Source: a virus
Taxonomy: Duplodnaviria; Caudoviricetes
Reading direction: 5' to 3' (one strand)
DNA: 26,493 nt
IMG/VR virus record: IMGVR_UViG_3300028595_000056
Coordinates: 1-26,493 of that record
How positions within the stretch are numbered: the first letter of the stretch is position 1; the number at the start of each line of letters is the position of its first letter. A program made the translations under genes and the position numbers. Below are positions 1 through 8,677 of this stretch, one piece after another. Under the pieces are notes generated by a model. That model saw only the letters and a list, made by a program, of their open reading frames with translations, ran no database searches and was not told the DNA's origin.

Positions 1-514
1 CCTTATCGCCTCGTCGAAGGTTGAGAGCTACACTAGAGCAATTAAAGAGATTGACGACCGATTTAACGACATTGAGGACCGTGATGGCAACATGCCAGAG
101 CCGCCCCAGATCGTTAAGGACTATCTGGCTTACCGCAAGCTGAGGTTCAGCGAATCTGAGTTGGATGTGGCGATTGAGTTCCTTGGCCCACTGAACCAGT
201 TACAAAAGAAGTTCCTCGGACTGAGGAAGCTTCAGACGGGCATGGCAGTTGTCAGGGAGTTCCTGGAAGTAGACCCGAACCTGAAACACAAGGTTCGCAT
301 GTCGAAGACGCTTGAGAAAGCTTTGGAAGAGGTGGGATTCTATCAGGACGGCATCGTACCGGAACCAGAATATGAAGAGACTCTGGCAGCTATTGCAGAG
401 GCAGCACGACAGGAGCAAGCTACAGAAACCGCTATTGAAATGGCAAAGGCTGTGCCTGGACTATCAAAGGGCATGGACGGGGCTAGTCCGATGGCGAAGA
501 TGTTAGATCAATAA
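1..514 (+). CDS. Portal (head-to-tail connector) protein, C-terminal part (5' truncated)
   Basis: Frame of ORF 92..514 is open back to position 2. VAIEFLGPLNQLQK resembles the IEYISPLAQAQK motif of T7/Bbp21-type portals. Ends in an Ala/Gln/Glu-rich helical tail and lies upstream of scaffold and MCP. Confidence 0.8.
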   Translation, partial: LIASSKVESYTRAIKEIDDRFNDIEDRDGNMPEPPQIVKDYLAYRKLRFSESELDVAIEFLGPLNQLQKKFLGLRKLQTGMAVVREFLEVDPNLKHKVRMSKTLEKALEEVGFYQDGIVPEPEYEETLAAIAEAARQEQATETAIEMAKAVPGLSKGMDGASPMAKMLDQ

Positions 515-828
515 TGAATTGCGCCCGTTGTAATAATATCGTTCTACGCGCAGAGGTCAAAGAGGGCCTTTGTCCTAAATGCCAAAACGAACTACCTGAA
601 GTAACACAGGCCCGCATTGCCATATCTTCTGGCCGCGACCTGTTAGCCAAGATGTTCATTGACGGCGGTATATTCTCACAGATGCAGGATGCTAGGGATA
701 TGGCCGTTCAGAACTTCTTACTTTCAATAGTACAGGAAGCCCTCAACCAAGACCCAAGAAAGTACAAAGCCTTGGTCGAGCGGTTTGTAGACAATGTTAT
801 AGAAATTTCAGGAGCAAAACATGAGTGA
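514..828 (+). CDS. Bbp19-like small head-module protein with N-terminal CxxC..CxxC zinc ribbon
   Basis: TAATG coupling to the portal stop. CARC...CPKC at the N-terminus, then SGRDLLAKMF...IFSQ...AVQNFLLSI, resembling the Bbp19 family found between portal and scaffold. Confidence 0.6.
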   Translation: MNCARCNNIVLRAEVKEGLCPKCQNELPEVTQARIAISSGRDLLAKMFIDGGIFSQMQDARDMAVQNFLLSIVQEALNQDPRKYKALVERFVDNVIEISGAKHE

Positions 829-1606
829 AGAGGCAACGGCCCAAGAGGCAACGGCGGAGGCTGATGCTCATTGGACAACCGGGAATGAAGAGTTTGCGGC
901 AGACGAGGTTGTGAGTAAAGCGGTCAGCAAATTCGACTCGCCTTACAAGTTAGGGAAGTCTTACGCAGAACTAGAAAAGAAGTTGGGATCTGAATTTAGA
1001 ATCCCAGACGACGTTAGCAAATTATCAGACGAACAGAAGGAGGCATTGAACGCCAGAGTCAAGGAGTTGTCCGGTGCGCCGAAGTCTATTGAAGACTATC
1101 AATTGGACATCCCCGAGGAAATGGTATCGCTAATCGACCAGGACGCAGTTCAGGCGATCAAAGAGACGGCGCTAGAGAAGGGAGCGACTCAAGATCAACT
1201 GAACGCTATTACCAAGACTTATATGGATAATCTCGCCGCTGCTTATAACAAGCAGGTCGAGGCCCGTAATGAAGCCTTGGATGCCTACAAGAAAGAATTG
1301 GGGTCAAAGGCCAGTGAGGTGCTGGGAACCGTAGACTCCGCAGGCAAGACGGTCGAACTCGGTAACGTGCAGAAGGCGGCTATGCAACTCTCAAAAGAGT
1401 TGGGTTTGGACTACGTCGATTCAGACGGTAAGCCAAAGTCAAAACTTTGGGACGAGTTGGAGATGACCCGCCTTGGCGATAAGGTGTCTCTCTGTAAAGT
1501 GTTTGATTGGATTTATAAGGAAAAGTTTGCTGAGGGCGCACCTACCCCCAGCGCCGGGACGGCACAGGAGTCTGAGTCGTTCTTCGATTACCCCAGTATG
1601 AATTAA
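821..1606 (+). CDS. Capsid scaffolding/assembly protein
   Basis: GGAG SD. Acidic and helical, with KSYAELEKKLG and APKSIEDYQL motifs typical of podoviral scaffolds. Lies directly upstream of MCP. Confidence 0.8.
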   Translation: MSEEATAQEATAEADAHWTTGNEEFAADEVVSKAVSKFDSPYKLGKSYAELEKKLGSEFRIPDDVSKLSDEQKEALNARVKELSGAPKSIEDYQLDIPEEMVSLIDQDAVQAIKETALEKGATQDQLNAITKTYMDNLAAAYNKQVEARNEALDAYKKELGSKASEVLGTVDSAGKTVELGNVQKAAMQLSKELGLDYVDSDGKPKSKLWDELEMTRLGDKVSLCKVFDWIYKEKFAEGAPTPSAGTAQESESFFDYPSMN

Positions 1607-1607
1607 A

Positions 1608-1700
1608 TCATCCAGGCAACCCGCAAGGGTCTGGTCTTAGGATGAGCCTGCTTCTGGCAGATAACTCTCCGCACAACATTAACCCAAACCGGAGATTATC
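1608..1700 (+). promoter_or_regulatory. Structured 5' leader of the major capsid gene (GNRA hairpin plus SD-sequestering stem)
   Basis: ACCC-GCAA-GGGT at 1619-1630, extended by CCAG/CTGG. CTGC/GCAG at 1648-1660. GATAA-C-TCTCCG (1660-1671) is complementary to CGGAGA-TTATC (1690-1700), which covers the SD up to the ATG. Confidence 0.6.
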
Positions 1701-2717
1701 ATGTCAGAATATAATATCAATTCCCAATGGACTCTCCTTGAGAGAGCCAAGCGTTCGGCTGATGGCAAGACCATTCTGCCGATCCTCGACGTAATGGACA
1801 AGCGCGGCGTTCAGGACTTCCTGAAGGATGTCCCGTACTTTGCGGCCAACATGGGCCTCCAAAACCGCATTGTCCGAACCACTTCCCATCCCTCTAGCAC
1901 TCGGCGCTCGTTCTATCAGGGCGTTGGCGCTACTGCGGTCACGACTCAGGTGGTCTGGGAACCGTTGATTCTCTTTGAACAGCGTTCCTCGATTGACGAA
2001 GATCACCTCGACACCGTGGATAACCCCAAAGAGGCACGTCGCCAAGAGGATGAAGGTCACATGGCTGGACTCCTTGAGGACTACGTTACCGCCATGTTCA
2101 CCGACGCTCGTACATCGGGCGAGGAGTACATTGACGGTTTCGCGGCCCGCACCTCGACTCTGTCCTATCCCGGCCATACCACCACAACGTATCCCTACTG
2201 TTGGAACACCGGTGGAACCACGGACCTGTCCTCACTGTATATCGTAGAATGGGGCGGTCAGGCTTGCCACGGTCTGTATCCCGGTGCCAAAGCCGGGAAC
2301 ACGGGCATGTTCGGCATCTCTGCTCGGGACAAGGGCAAAGAGCCTGTCTTGGATTCCTCTGACAACACCTACTATGCCTACGTAAGTCAGTTCAAGAAAT
2401 GGGCTGGCCTCGCTGTTCACGACGACCGCAAGTTCTGCCGCATTGCCAACATTGAGTCTTCGATTACTTCCACCAACGGGATTGATGAAGATTTGATTAT
2501 CCAAGCGATCAACCACGGCAAGTTCAATCTGAGCAGCTCTCGCATCTATGTCAATCCTTACCTCAAGTCGCAGATCGACAAAAAGGTAAAGGACAAGGCT
2601 GGCTCGGCGTGGAGCATTGTGGATACGTTCGGCAAGGCTGTTCCTGCCATCTGGGGCATTCCGGTCCGCGTTCTGGACGATACCATTCTGACCAACAGTG
2701 AGACCGAGGTAAGCTAA
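1701..2717 (+). CDS. Major capsid protein (BPP-1 Bbp17/epsilon15-like HK97 fold)
   Basis: 338 aa. TLLERAKR start, GGTTDLSSLYIVEWGGQACHGLYP, WAGLAVHDDRKFCRIANI and GIPVRVLDDTILTNSE match the Bbp17-type MCP pattern. Confidence 0.92.
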   Translation: MSEYNINSQWTLLERAKRSADGKTILPILDVMDKRGVQDFLKDVPYFAANMGLQNRIVRTTSHPSSTRRSFYQGVGATAVTTQVVWEPLILFEQRSSIDEDHLDTVDNPKEARRQEDEGHMAGLLEDYVTAMFTDARTSGEEYIDGFAARTSTLSYPGHTTTTYPYCWNTGGTTDLSSLYIVEWGGQACHGLYPGAKAGNTGMFGISARDKGKEPVLDSSDNTYYAYVSQFKKWAGLAVHDDRKFCRIANIESSITSTNGIDEDLIIQAINHGKFNLSSSRIYVNPYLKSQIDKKVKDKAGSAWSIVDTFGKAVPAIWGIPVRVLDDTILTNSETEVS

Positions 2718-2729
2718 GGAGTTTTTACC

Positions 2730-3161
2730 ATGAGAGACGCATTTGAATTTTCCAACGCACAAGCGCTTGCTACTCTTGACAGCACCGGCGTTGTGTCAAC
2801 GAACATTTGGGATCTGGAAGAGGACGCTGTTACGGACGGTCAGGTTTACGGATGGCTGAACGTGAAGATCCTCTCCACGACCAATACAGGCGGCGATAGC
2901 GGGCTTTACATCGAGCTTCGCTCTGCCGACAACACGAATATGTCCACCACGCCGATTTACCTTGGCGCTGCCCTTCTGACCCAGGCTGAAATTGTTGCCG
3001 GCGCGGTAGTGTCCATCGGGGTTCGTAAGTCGAACTGCGAGAAATATATTGGTGTGTGGTACAAAACAGTTAGCGAATCCCTTACCGGGGCCACTGCCGT
3101 AGATGCATGGTTCTCCCAGGCACCCGCCGGGGAACTGCGCATCCAGAAGAAGCCGAGCTAA
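2730..3161 (+). CDS. Bbp16-like capsid cement/decoration protein
   Basis: 143 aa. DAFEFSNAQAL...VSTNIWDL start and KYIGVWY..V...LTGATAVDAWF end match the Bbp16 jelly-roll family. Directly follows MCP; AAGGAG SD. Confidence 0.85.
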   Translation: MRDAFEFSNAQALATLDSTGVVSTNIWDLEEDAVTDGQVYGWLNVKILSTTNTGGDSGLYIELRSADNTNMSTTPIYLGAALLTQAEIVAGAVVSIGVRKSNCEKYIGVWYKTVSESLTGATAVDAWFSQAPAGELRIQKKPS

Positions 3162-3173
3162 AGGAGGTGTAGT

Positions 3174-3698
3174 ATGAGACTTCGCACTTTCATTGCTCTC
3201 TTGATCTTGGTTGCTGCCGGGATTGGGTTTGCTACGTTTACAAACTCAATGGATGGCGACCCGACCTCTTGGTATTGGACGGGCGGCACCAAAGACACCG
3301 GGCTTCTTTGGGCAAGAGAAGTAGAAGATTACCTTGACGGCACAACTGGTGTGGTTGTGAAGAACGCCGTAGAGGTATTCGACGCAAATGACACTTTAAC
3401 TGCTGCGGAAACAGGAAAGGTTTGCGTATCTGACGGGAAGGGGTCTGGCGACCTTGTTTTAACCCTCCCCGCCGCTGCTGCGGGCCTGACTTATACGTTC
3501 TACGATGCAAATGCGACCGCTGGCGATGATCTTTGGATCACTGCTGGCACGGGCGACACCATTAACGGCGGCACCGCTGCTAAGTCGTACAAATGTACCG
3601 GGGACGCTGTCAAACAGCACGTTACTCTTGTCGCTGCTGACGCGACACGCTGGGTCATTGTTGCTGAAAACGGCACATGGGCCAACGACAACAATTAA
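3174..3698 (+). CDS. Putative head decoration/fibre protein with Sec signal peptide
   Basis: Strong AAGGAGGT SD. MRLRTFIALLILVAAGIGFA signal-like N-terminus. TLTAAETGKV...LTLPAAAAGLTYTF...VTLVA...WVIV beta-domain commonly seen in phage proteins encoded after capsid genes. Confidence 0.7.
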   Translation: MRLRTFIALLILVAAGIGFATFTNSMDGDPTSWYWTGGTKDTGLLWAREVEDYLDGTTGVVVKNAVEVFDANDTLTAAETGKVCVSDGKGSGDLVLTLPAAAAGLTYTFYDANATAGDDLWITAGTGDTINGGTAAKSYKCTGDAVKQHVTLVAADATRWVIVAENGTWANDNN

Positions 3699-3718
3699 CT
3701 TCCCTACCTTTAGGCCGC

Positions 3719-3750
3719 GTGGGGGGCTTCGGCCCCCTGCCCGCCCTTTT
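3719..3750 (+). terminator. Probable intrinsic terminator/attenuator after the high-copy capsid genes
   Basis: GGGGGC-TTCG-GCCCCC (3722-3737, C-UUCG-G tetraloop), extendable by G-U pairs. Only a short TTTT at 3747-3750, offset from the stem. Confidence 0.6.
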
Positions 3751-3753
3751 GTT

Positions 3754-5274
3754 ATGACTAAAAAAGACATCACCATCCCGTTCCTTGCAATCATTGCTGG
3801 CATCATTGTAGGCATGTCCTGCATGGCGCACTCGGCTGACTATTACATCAATGGTTCGACCGGGCACGATACGAACTATGACGGCACCAGCCCGACAGTG
3901 GACGGTGGCGGTGTAGGGCCGTGGGCAAGTCTCAGCAAGGCCACCAGTACGCTCACGGCGGGGCAAGTTGTTGAGGTTGCGGGGGGCACATACGTTGGTG
4001 ATAGCAATCGCATTTCAGAGACAACTTCTGGGTCTGATGGCTTACCAATCACATACCAAGGTGCCAGCGGCGAAACTGTGATACTAGATGGCTCTACGAT
4101 GTCTGGTTCTCCGGTGTACTTAAACGGCGCGTCGTGGATTACGGTAAAGAATTTCACGATAAATGACAGCGCCATTCAGGGCGTTGCTATGGCCGGGGAT
4201 ATTTCTGGTATTGTTTTGGAAGACCTGCATATCGACAATCCCAAAAACGCCGGGATTCATTGTGACCTTGCTGGGTCGGTGTCTGACTTGACGGTTACAG
4301 ATGTCAACATTGTTGACCAGAACTCCACCGGAAACACTGGCGCTCTATATTTCAACGACTGCAACACGATAACCTTCACTCGTGTTACGATAACGAACCC
4401 TGCCCGTGACGGCTTCTGGGGGTACGGCAACTCTGATGTTACGTTTGATAGCTGCTACATCGAGGGGCAACAGGAAAACCCAGACCACCAGGATGCCATC
4501 CAAATTGGTGACTGCAATGGCCTGGTCATTAAAAACTGCATCCTACACTCAACCAGCCAAAACATCTACTTTGGCGTGAACAACACACTCTACGACCAGA
4601 GCGAAGAACGCGACGTGTATATTTATGGCAACACGATATACAACGAGTATTGGTTTGATTTCAACGAATATGGTAGCCAGGGGATAATTTTCTCCGAGGC
4701 AACTGCCGTAACGGGGGCAGAGGACACAGATGTAAACGGGATGTATATATTCAATAATACAATCTTGTATTGCGGGTTCAACGCTATCCTGGTCCAACCG
4801 TCAGAATCGCCAAGAGATAATGACGCCAACAACATTGTAATTATGAACAACATCATCGTGGACAGCCCCAGCACTCTTGATGGTGGCGACCAGGACGACA
4901 AAATACACTCTGACTGGAACTGGTACTGGACATCAGGTACAGGACAGACAGGGAGTGGATTGCCTGGGCAGGCAACTTCGGCTACGGCTACAGCACCGGC
5001 ACTTGAAGATGCTAATAGTACGTCTGGCACGTCTCCTCAGTTTACGAACTATAATGCGACAACATACAACTGGACTGTAGCCACATACACGGGCGATAAC
5101 ATTGAGAACCAGGGCTGCGGCCTAGCCGCCCTGCAAGCGAAGATCCCCGGCATTAGTTCGTGGACCGACCGAAGCGGCAACACGCATGACGGATCTGAAC
5201 CCGGAGCGTATGCATACTCTGCGGGCGAGGCACCATCAACGAGGCAATGGTTATTGATGCGAGACAACAGATGA
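3754..5274 (+). CDS. Exported right-handed beta-helix (pectin-lyase-fold, tailspike/depolymerase-like) protein, 506 aa
   Basis: Start moved from 3505 to ATG 3754: MTKKDITIPFLAIIAGIIVGMSCMAHS-ADYYIN. GPWASLSKA, AGGTY, SGSDGLPITY, HQDAIQ, IYGNTI, IFNNTI and IMNNII beta-helix rungs. EPGAYAY near the C-terminus. Confidence 0.8.
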   Translation: MTKKDITIPFLAIIAGIIVGMSCMAHSADYYINGSTGHDTNYDGTSPTVDGGGVGPWASLSKATSTLTAGQVVEVAGGTYVGDSNRISETTSGSDGLPITYQGASGETVILDGSTMSGSPVYLNGASWITVKNFTINDSAIQGVAMAGDISGIVLEDLHIDNPKNAGIHCDLAGSVSDLTVTDVNIVDQNSTGNTGALYFNDCNTITFTRVTITNPARDGFWGYGNSDVTFDSCYIEGQQENPDHQDAIQIGDCNGLVIKNCILHSTSQNIYFGVNNTLYDQSEERDVYIYGNTIYNEYWFDFNEYGSQGIIFSEATAVTGAEDTDVNGMYIFNNTILYCGFNAILVQPSESPRDNDANNIVIMNNIIVDSPSTLDGGDQDDKIHSDWNWYWTSGTGQTGSGLPGQATSATATAPALEDANSTSGTSPQFTNYNATTYNWTVATYTGDNIENQGCGLAALQAKIPGISSWTDRSGNTHDGSEPGAYAYSAGEAPSTRQWLLMRDNR

Positions 5275-6032
5275 AACAGTTCATAATCGCAATTCTACTG
5301 CTATTAGTTGGCCTGACTGCCTATGCAGCCAATAACCCGACCGATGCCGTGTCCTGGTACAAGTTTGAGTCTGGGGCGCTGACGACCGACTCCCAGGGCT
5401 CCAACACCCTATTCATGACCGGCACCGTAGACGCCAATACCGCCGATTATCAAGAAGGTGCGGCGTCGGCGTTCTTCTCTGGCGGCTCCAACTACTTCAC
5501 CCAGGCCGACCTGGACATCTTCGCAGATGGCGACAGCAACGACTTCACCGTGACCTGCTGGGTGTTGCCGCGAGATACGGCGGCTACGCGCACAATCTGG
5601 GAGCAGTACGACATCGCCGGGGACCAGAGGGGATTCAAGGTGCAGCATGATGCTAGCGGCAACATCGTGGCTTATGCTGGGTACAATGGCGGCGCGGAGT
5701 ACGATACATACAATCCGTCTGGGATCACCTTAGCCGACGATACGTGGTCGTTTTTGGCTGTTACGTTCACAGACGTCAATGACGGCTACACGTTCTATGA
5801 GTATGACGGCTCAGCGCACTGGGCCGATGGTGTCCTGGATGAACCCATCCACCACTCAACCGACGACTTTCAGATAGGCGTGGCCGGGACCATTCAACTG
5901 TTTAATGGTTGTATCGACGAGATGATTATCTGGAACAAAACGCTGACCCGCGACGAGCTAGACCAAGTGCGACAGGGCACGTACGGCGCGGCAGATGAAT
6001 CCAGCGGCGACTTGGTGATTGTACTTAAATGA
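5271..6032 (+). CDS. Exported LamG/concanavalin-A-like lectin-fold protein, 253 aa
   Basis: ATGA overlap with the upstream stop. Signal MKQFIIAILLLLVGLTAYA. VSWYKFE, DFTVTCWV, WSFLAVT and FNGCIDEMIIWNKTLTRDEL are LamG_3 motifs. Confidence 0.85.
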   Translation: MKQFIIAILLLLVGLTAYAANNPTDAVSWYKFESGALTTDSQGSNTLFMTGTVDANTADYQEGAASAFFSGGSNYFTQADLDIFADGDSNDFTVTCWVLPRDTAATRTIWEQYDIAGDQRGFKVQHDASGNIVAYAGYNGGAEYDTYNPSGITLADDTWSFLAVTFTDVNDGYTFYEYDGSAHWADGVLDEPIHHSTDDFQIGVAGTIQLFNGCIDEMIIWNKTLTRDELDQVRQGTYGAADESSGDLVIVLK

Positions 6033-6118
6033 TGAAATATGCATTTTACATTTTGGTCGAGGTCGTTTCAATCGATGCCGGGCACACCCTTGATGTAATT
6101 ATGGCGGCTGCAAAATAA
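6029..6118 (+). CDS. 29-aa translationally coupled mini-ORF (possible deletion remnant)
   Basis: ATGA overlap with the LamG stop. Reads MMKYAFYILVEVVSIDAGHTLDVIMAAAK*. Its stop lies 2 nt before the next ATG and it fills the gap exactly. Confidence 0.5.
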   Translation: MMKYAFYILVEVVSIDAGHTLDVIMAAAK

Positions 6119-6120
6119 CT

Positions 6121-7620
6121 ATGAGAACATTCAAACTTCACATTCTATTCCTGCTTGTTCTAGCGGCCACAACAGCCACGATCTATGGGTCTGTGATGTT
6201 GGTCGTTGATGAAGAGAAGCGATCCTGGGGCAATCAGTTGATGATTACCCCTGGCGAGTATGGCTTCGGCATGAATACGGTTGCTGGGTCTGGTCGGCAT
6301 CTTGATCCTCCTGCGACGACGATATTTCATGTAAACGATATAAATGATTACAATGATGCAGAGTTCGCGGCCACGCCAGAAGACTACTACGGGACTTTAC
6401 GATATGCCATAGAAGAAGTAAACTCCCCAAAGACTATTGTTTTTGACGTTAGTGGTTATATAGCCACTAAGAGTCCAATATTTATAGGCTATAACGATCC
6501 AAATTTATCAGAGCAGAAAGGGTCTTATATTACAATAGCTGGACAAACAGCCCCTTCGCCTGGCATTTGTATAAAAAATTACGGATTAACTATTGAGAGA
6601 TGGGCGCATGATATATTGATACAGCATGTTCGCATTAGGCCAGGAGATCAATCTTTCACAGACTTAAACTGTCCAGATTGCCTAAAAGAATCTATAGGAG
6701 ACTGTGTTACAGCACTGTGGTCATACTATCCAGAATCCGACCCTCCAGTTTTACCGCCCAGAAAAATCGTCATGGATCATTGTTCGTTTACTTGGGGCGG
6801 CGACATGAATTTGCAACTTGGGGCTGTTGAAATGTCGATAATAAACTGTATCACAGGCGAGGCATTGCACAGCCCGTTACATCCAAAGGGGCCACACTCA
6901 AAAGGAATGTTACTTAGTGGATATGTCAATACTCCCGTGCCCGATAGAAATATACTTGTGGCAAAAAACTTATTTATAAGCAATGTTGATAGGAATCCCC
7001 GCATCGTTGCTCGCAATGCAGTTGTTGTCAATAATGTTTTTATTGATATTTGGTCTGGTATAAACTCAGATGACACTGAATGGCCAGACATACCACAAAA
7101 TACGTCTATTGCTGCAAACTATGCCATTGAAAGCGACGCCATGGACCCTGCTTTAGGCAACGGGCAGTTTCACGCTGTGTCGTTGATGAGCCAAGGCAAT
7201 CAGCTATACATTGGCGGTGATAGTTTCTATTATGGGGAGTTACAAACAGAGCCATATTATCACCCTAATGAGTATTGGGTGAACATAGATTATCCAGAAG
7301 GGTTGTTGGATTCACCTTCCCTTTGGCCGTATTATTTTCAGAAAAAAACAGCGGCAGATGCGTATACGTATGTGCTAGAAAATGTTGGCGCATTCCCTAG
7401 GGACTCTGTTGACAGCCGGTTAGTCACGACAGCAACGAATATAACTCCTGGTGAGCCGAATGGAATTATCGCAAGCGAGGATGAGGTTGGAGGTTATCCA
7501 GCGTTTGCAGAAAATGTGTCTGTGTGGGAAGAACCTGCGAACCCGAACGATTTACACGTATCTGGATACACAAATTTGGAGGTGGCACTACATGAAGCTG
7601 CTGCTGCTATTGAGCCTTAG
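6121..7620 (+). CDS. Exported pectate-lyase-like protein (polysaccharide lyase family 1 type)
   Basis: Signal-like MRTFKLHILFLLVLAATTATIYG. PGEYGFG, GTLRYAI, IVFDVSGYI, ITIAGQTAP, HVRIRPGD, DHCSFTWGGD, HSKGMLL, RNPR, PRDSVDSR and SGYTNLE match bacterial PL1 pectate lyases. Confidence 0.85.
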   Translation: MRTFKLHILFLLVLAATTATIYGSVMLVVDEEKRSWGNQLMITPGEYGFGMNTVAGSGRHLDPPATTIFHVNDINDYNDAEFAATPEDYYGTLRYAIEEVNSPKTIVFDVSGYIATKSPIFIGYNDPNLSEQKGSYITIAGQTAPSPGICIKNYGLTIERWAHDILIQHVRIRPGDQSFTDLNCPDCLKESIGDCVTALWSYYPESDPPVLPPRKIVMDHCSFTWGGDMNLQLGAVEMSIINCITGEALHSPLHPKGPHSKGMLLSGYVNTPVPDRNILVAKNLFISNVDRNPRIVARNAVVVNNVFIDIWSGINSDDTEWPDIPQNTSIAANYAIESDAMDPALGNGQFHAVSLMSQGNQLYIGGDSFYYGELQTEPYYHPNEYWVNIDYPEGLLDSPSLWPYYFQKKTAADAYTYVLENVGAFPRDSVDSRLVTTATNITPGEPNGIIASEDEVGGYPAFAENVSVWEEPANPNDLHVSGYTNLEVALHEAAAAIEP

Positions 7621-8677
7621 TTTTTGCACATTATGTGTTGCTGATGAATATGTTCGTTATGTGGATAGAGATGTTTCCGGTGGATTGGGGAATGGCCGCG
7701 ACCTTGATAACGCTTATTCATCTTTATCTGCATTAGAAATCGCAGAAGAAACTGATTTAACCGAAGACACAAACAATCTTGTAGTTTATCTAACTGCATC
7801 AAGCGGCACGGAGGATGAAACATCTGTCTATTGGGATGAATGGACAATGAGCGCAGACTATGACGTTACGCTTATTGGAGATGGATCATATACACTTCAT
7901 AATAATGACACTGATGACACTGCGTTTAGACTACGGGATACGCACATAACATTCATTGGAATAAACTTCAAAGTGACAGCAACTGGATCATCTGATCGTT
8001 ATTGTTTCTTTTCTAGTGGATTCCCTGCTGGATCTTGGTTAATTGATAGTTGCACATTTGAAGGCGTATCAAGTAGTTCTGGTTCAGTTTATGGAATATA
8101 TCAAACAGACCCAGATGGAACAAACTTAACTGTTGTTAATAGTATATTTACTGGATTTGTTAATTCTACAGACGATGAACACGGAGGAATATGCAATACT
8201 GCTGGGACGCCATCAATCTATAATTGTACTTTTTATGGGAATAGATTTGGCACAATAGGATCATTTAGTGCAATAACAAACTGCATCGCCGGAAACAACT
8301 CTAACGCAGATTTTGGCACAACAACGAATGTAACTTATTGTTGTTCTGACGATAAAAGCGGGAGTGATGCCCAAGGTCCAATTGGTGGAGACTGGACAAA
8401 CGAGATGACATCCCCGTCAACTGGCGATTTCACTCTTGTTGTTGACGGGAATTGCGTTGGCAACGGCACAGACGACCCTGGCTCTGGCCTATACGATGAC
8501 GACATAGAAGGAACCGCCAGGTCATCAACTTGGGACATCGGTGCTTACGAATACGTAGCACCAGCAGCAGGCGGCACCACAATAACCCCCGGCGCAGTCC
8601 AGCGTAGACTGCGATCTGAATATCTACTTCTTCTATTACCTTTGACAATTCCATTTATCCGCAGGAGAAAAAAATGA
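7592..8677 (+). CDS. Exported beta-helix protein with choice-of-anchor-Q-like end and C-terminal hydrophobic/basic tail, 361 aa
   Basis: Start moved to ATG 7592 (GGAGGT SD upstream). MKLLLLLSLSFCTLCVA signal. AYSSLSALE, IYNCTFYGN and DIEGTARSSTWDIGAYEY. Ends YLLLLLPLTIPFIRRRKK. Confidence 0.75.
   Translation: MKLLLLLSLSFCTLCVADEYVRYVDRDVSGGLGNGRDLDNAYSSLSALEIAEETDLTEDTNNLVVYLTASSGTEDETSVYWDEWTMSADYDVTLIGDGSYTLHNNDTDDTAFRLRDTHITFIGINFKVTATGSSDRYCFFSSGFPAGSWLIDSCTFEGVSSSSGSVYGIYQTDPDGTNLTVVNSIFTGFVNSTDDEHGGICNTAGTPSIYNCTFYGNRFGTIGSFSAITNCIAGNNSNADFGTTTNVTYCCSDDKSGSDAQGPIGGDWTNEMTSPSTGDFTLVVDGNCVGNGTDDPGSGLYDDDIEGTARSSTWDIGAYEYVAPAAGGTTITPGAVQRRLRSEYLLLLLPLTIPFIRRRKK

Noticed and set aside
3505-3753. 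83-aa N-terminal extension of ORF 3505..5274
   Set aside because: It overlaps gene 3174..3698 in another frame and runs through the UUCG hairpin. ATG 3754 gives a clean signal peptide.
7451-7591. Upstream start of ORF 7451..8677
   Set aside because: It lies inside the conserved lyase C-terminus. ATG 7592 has a GGAGGT SD and starts a signal peptide.
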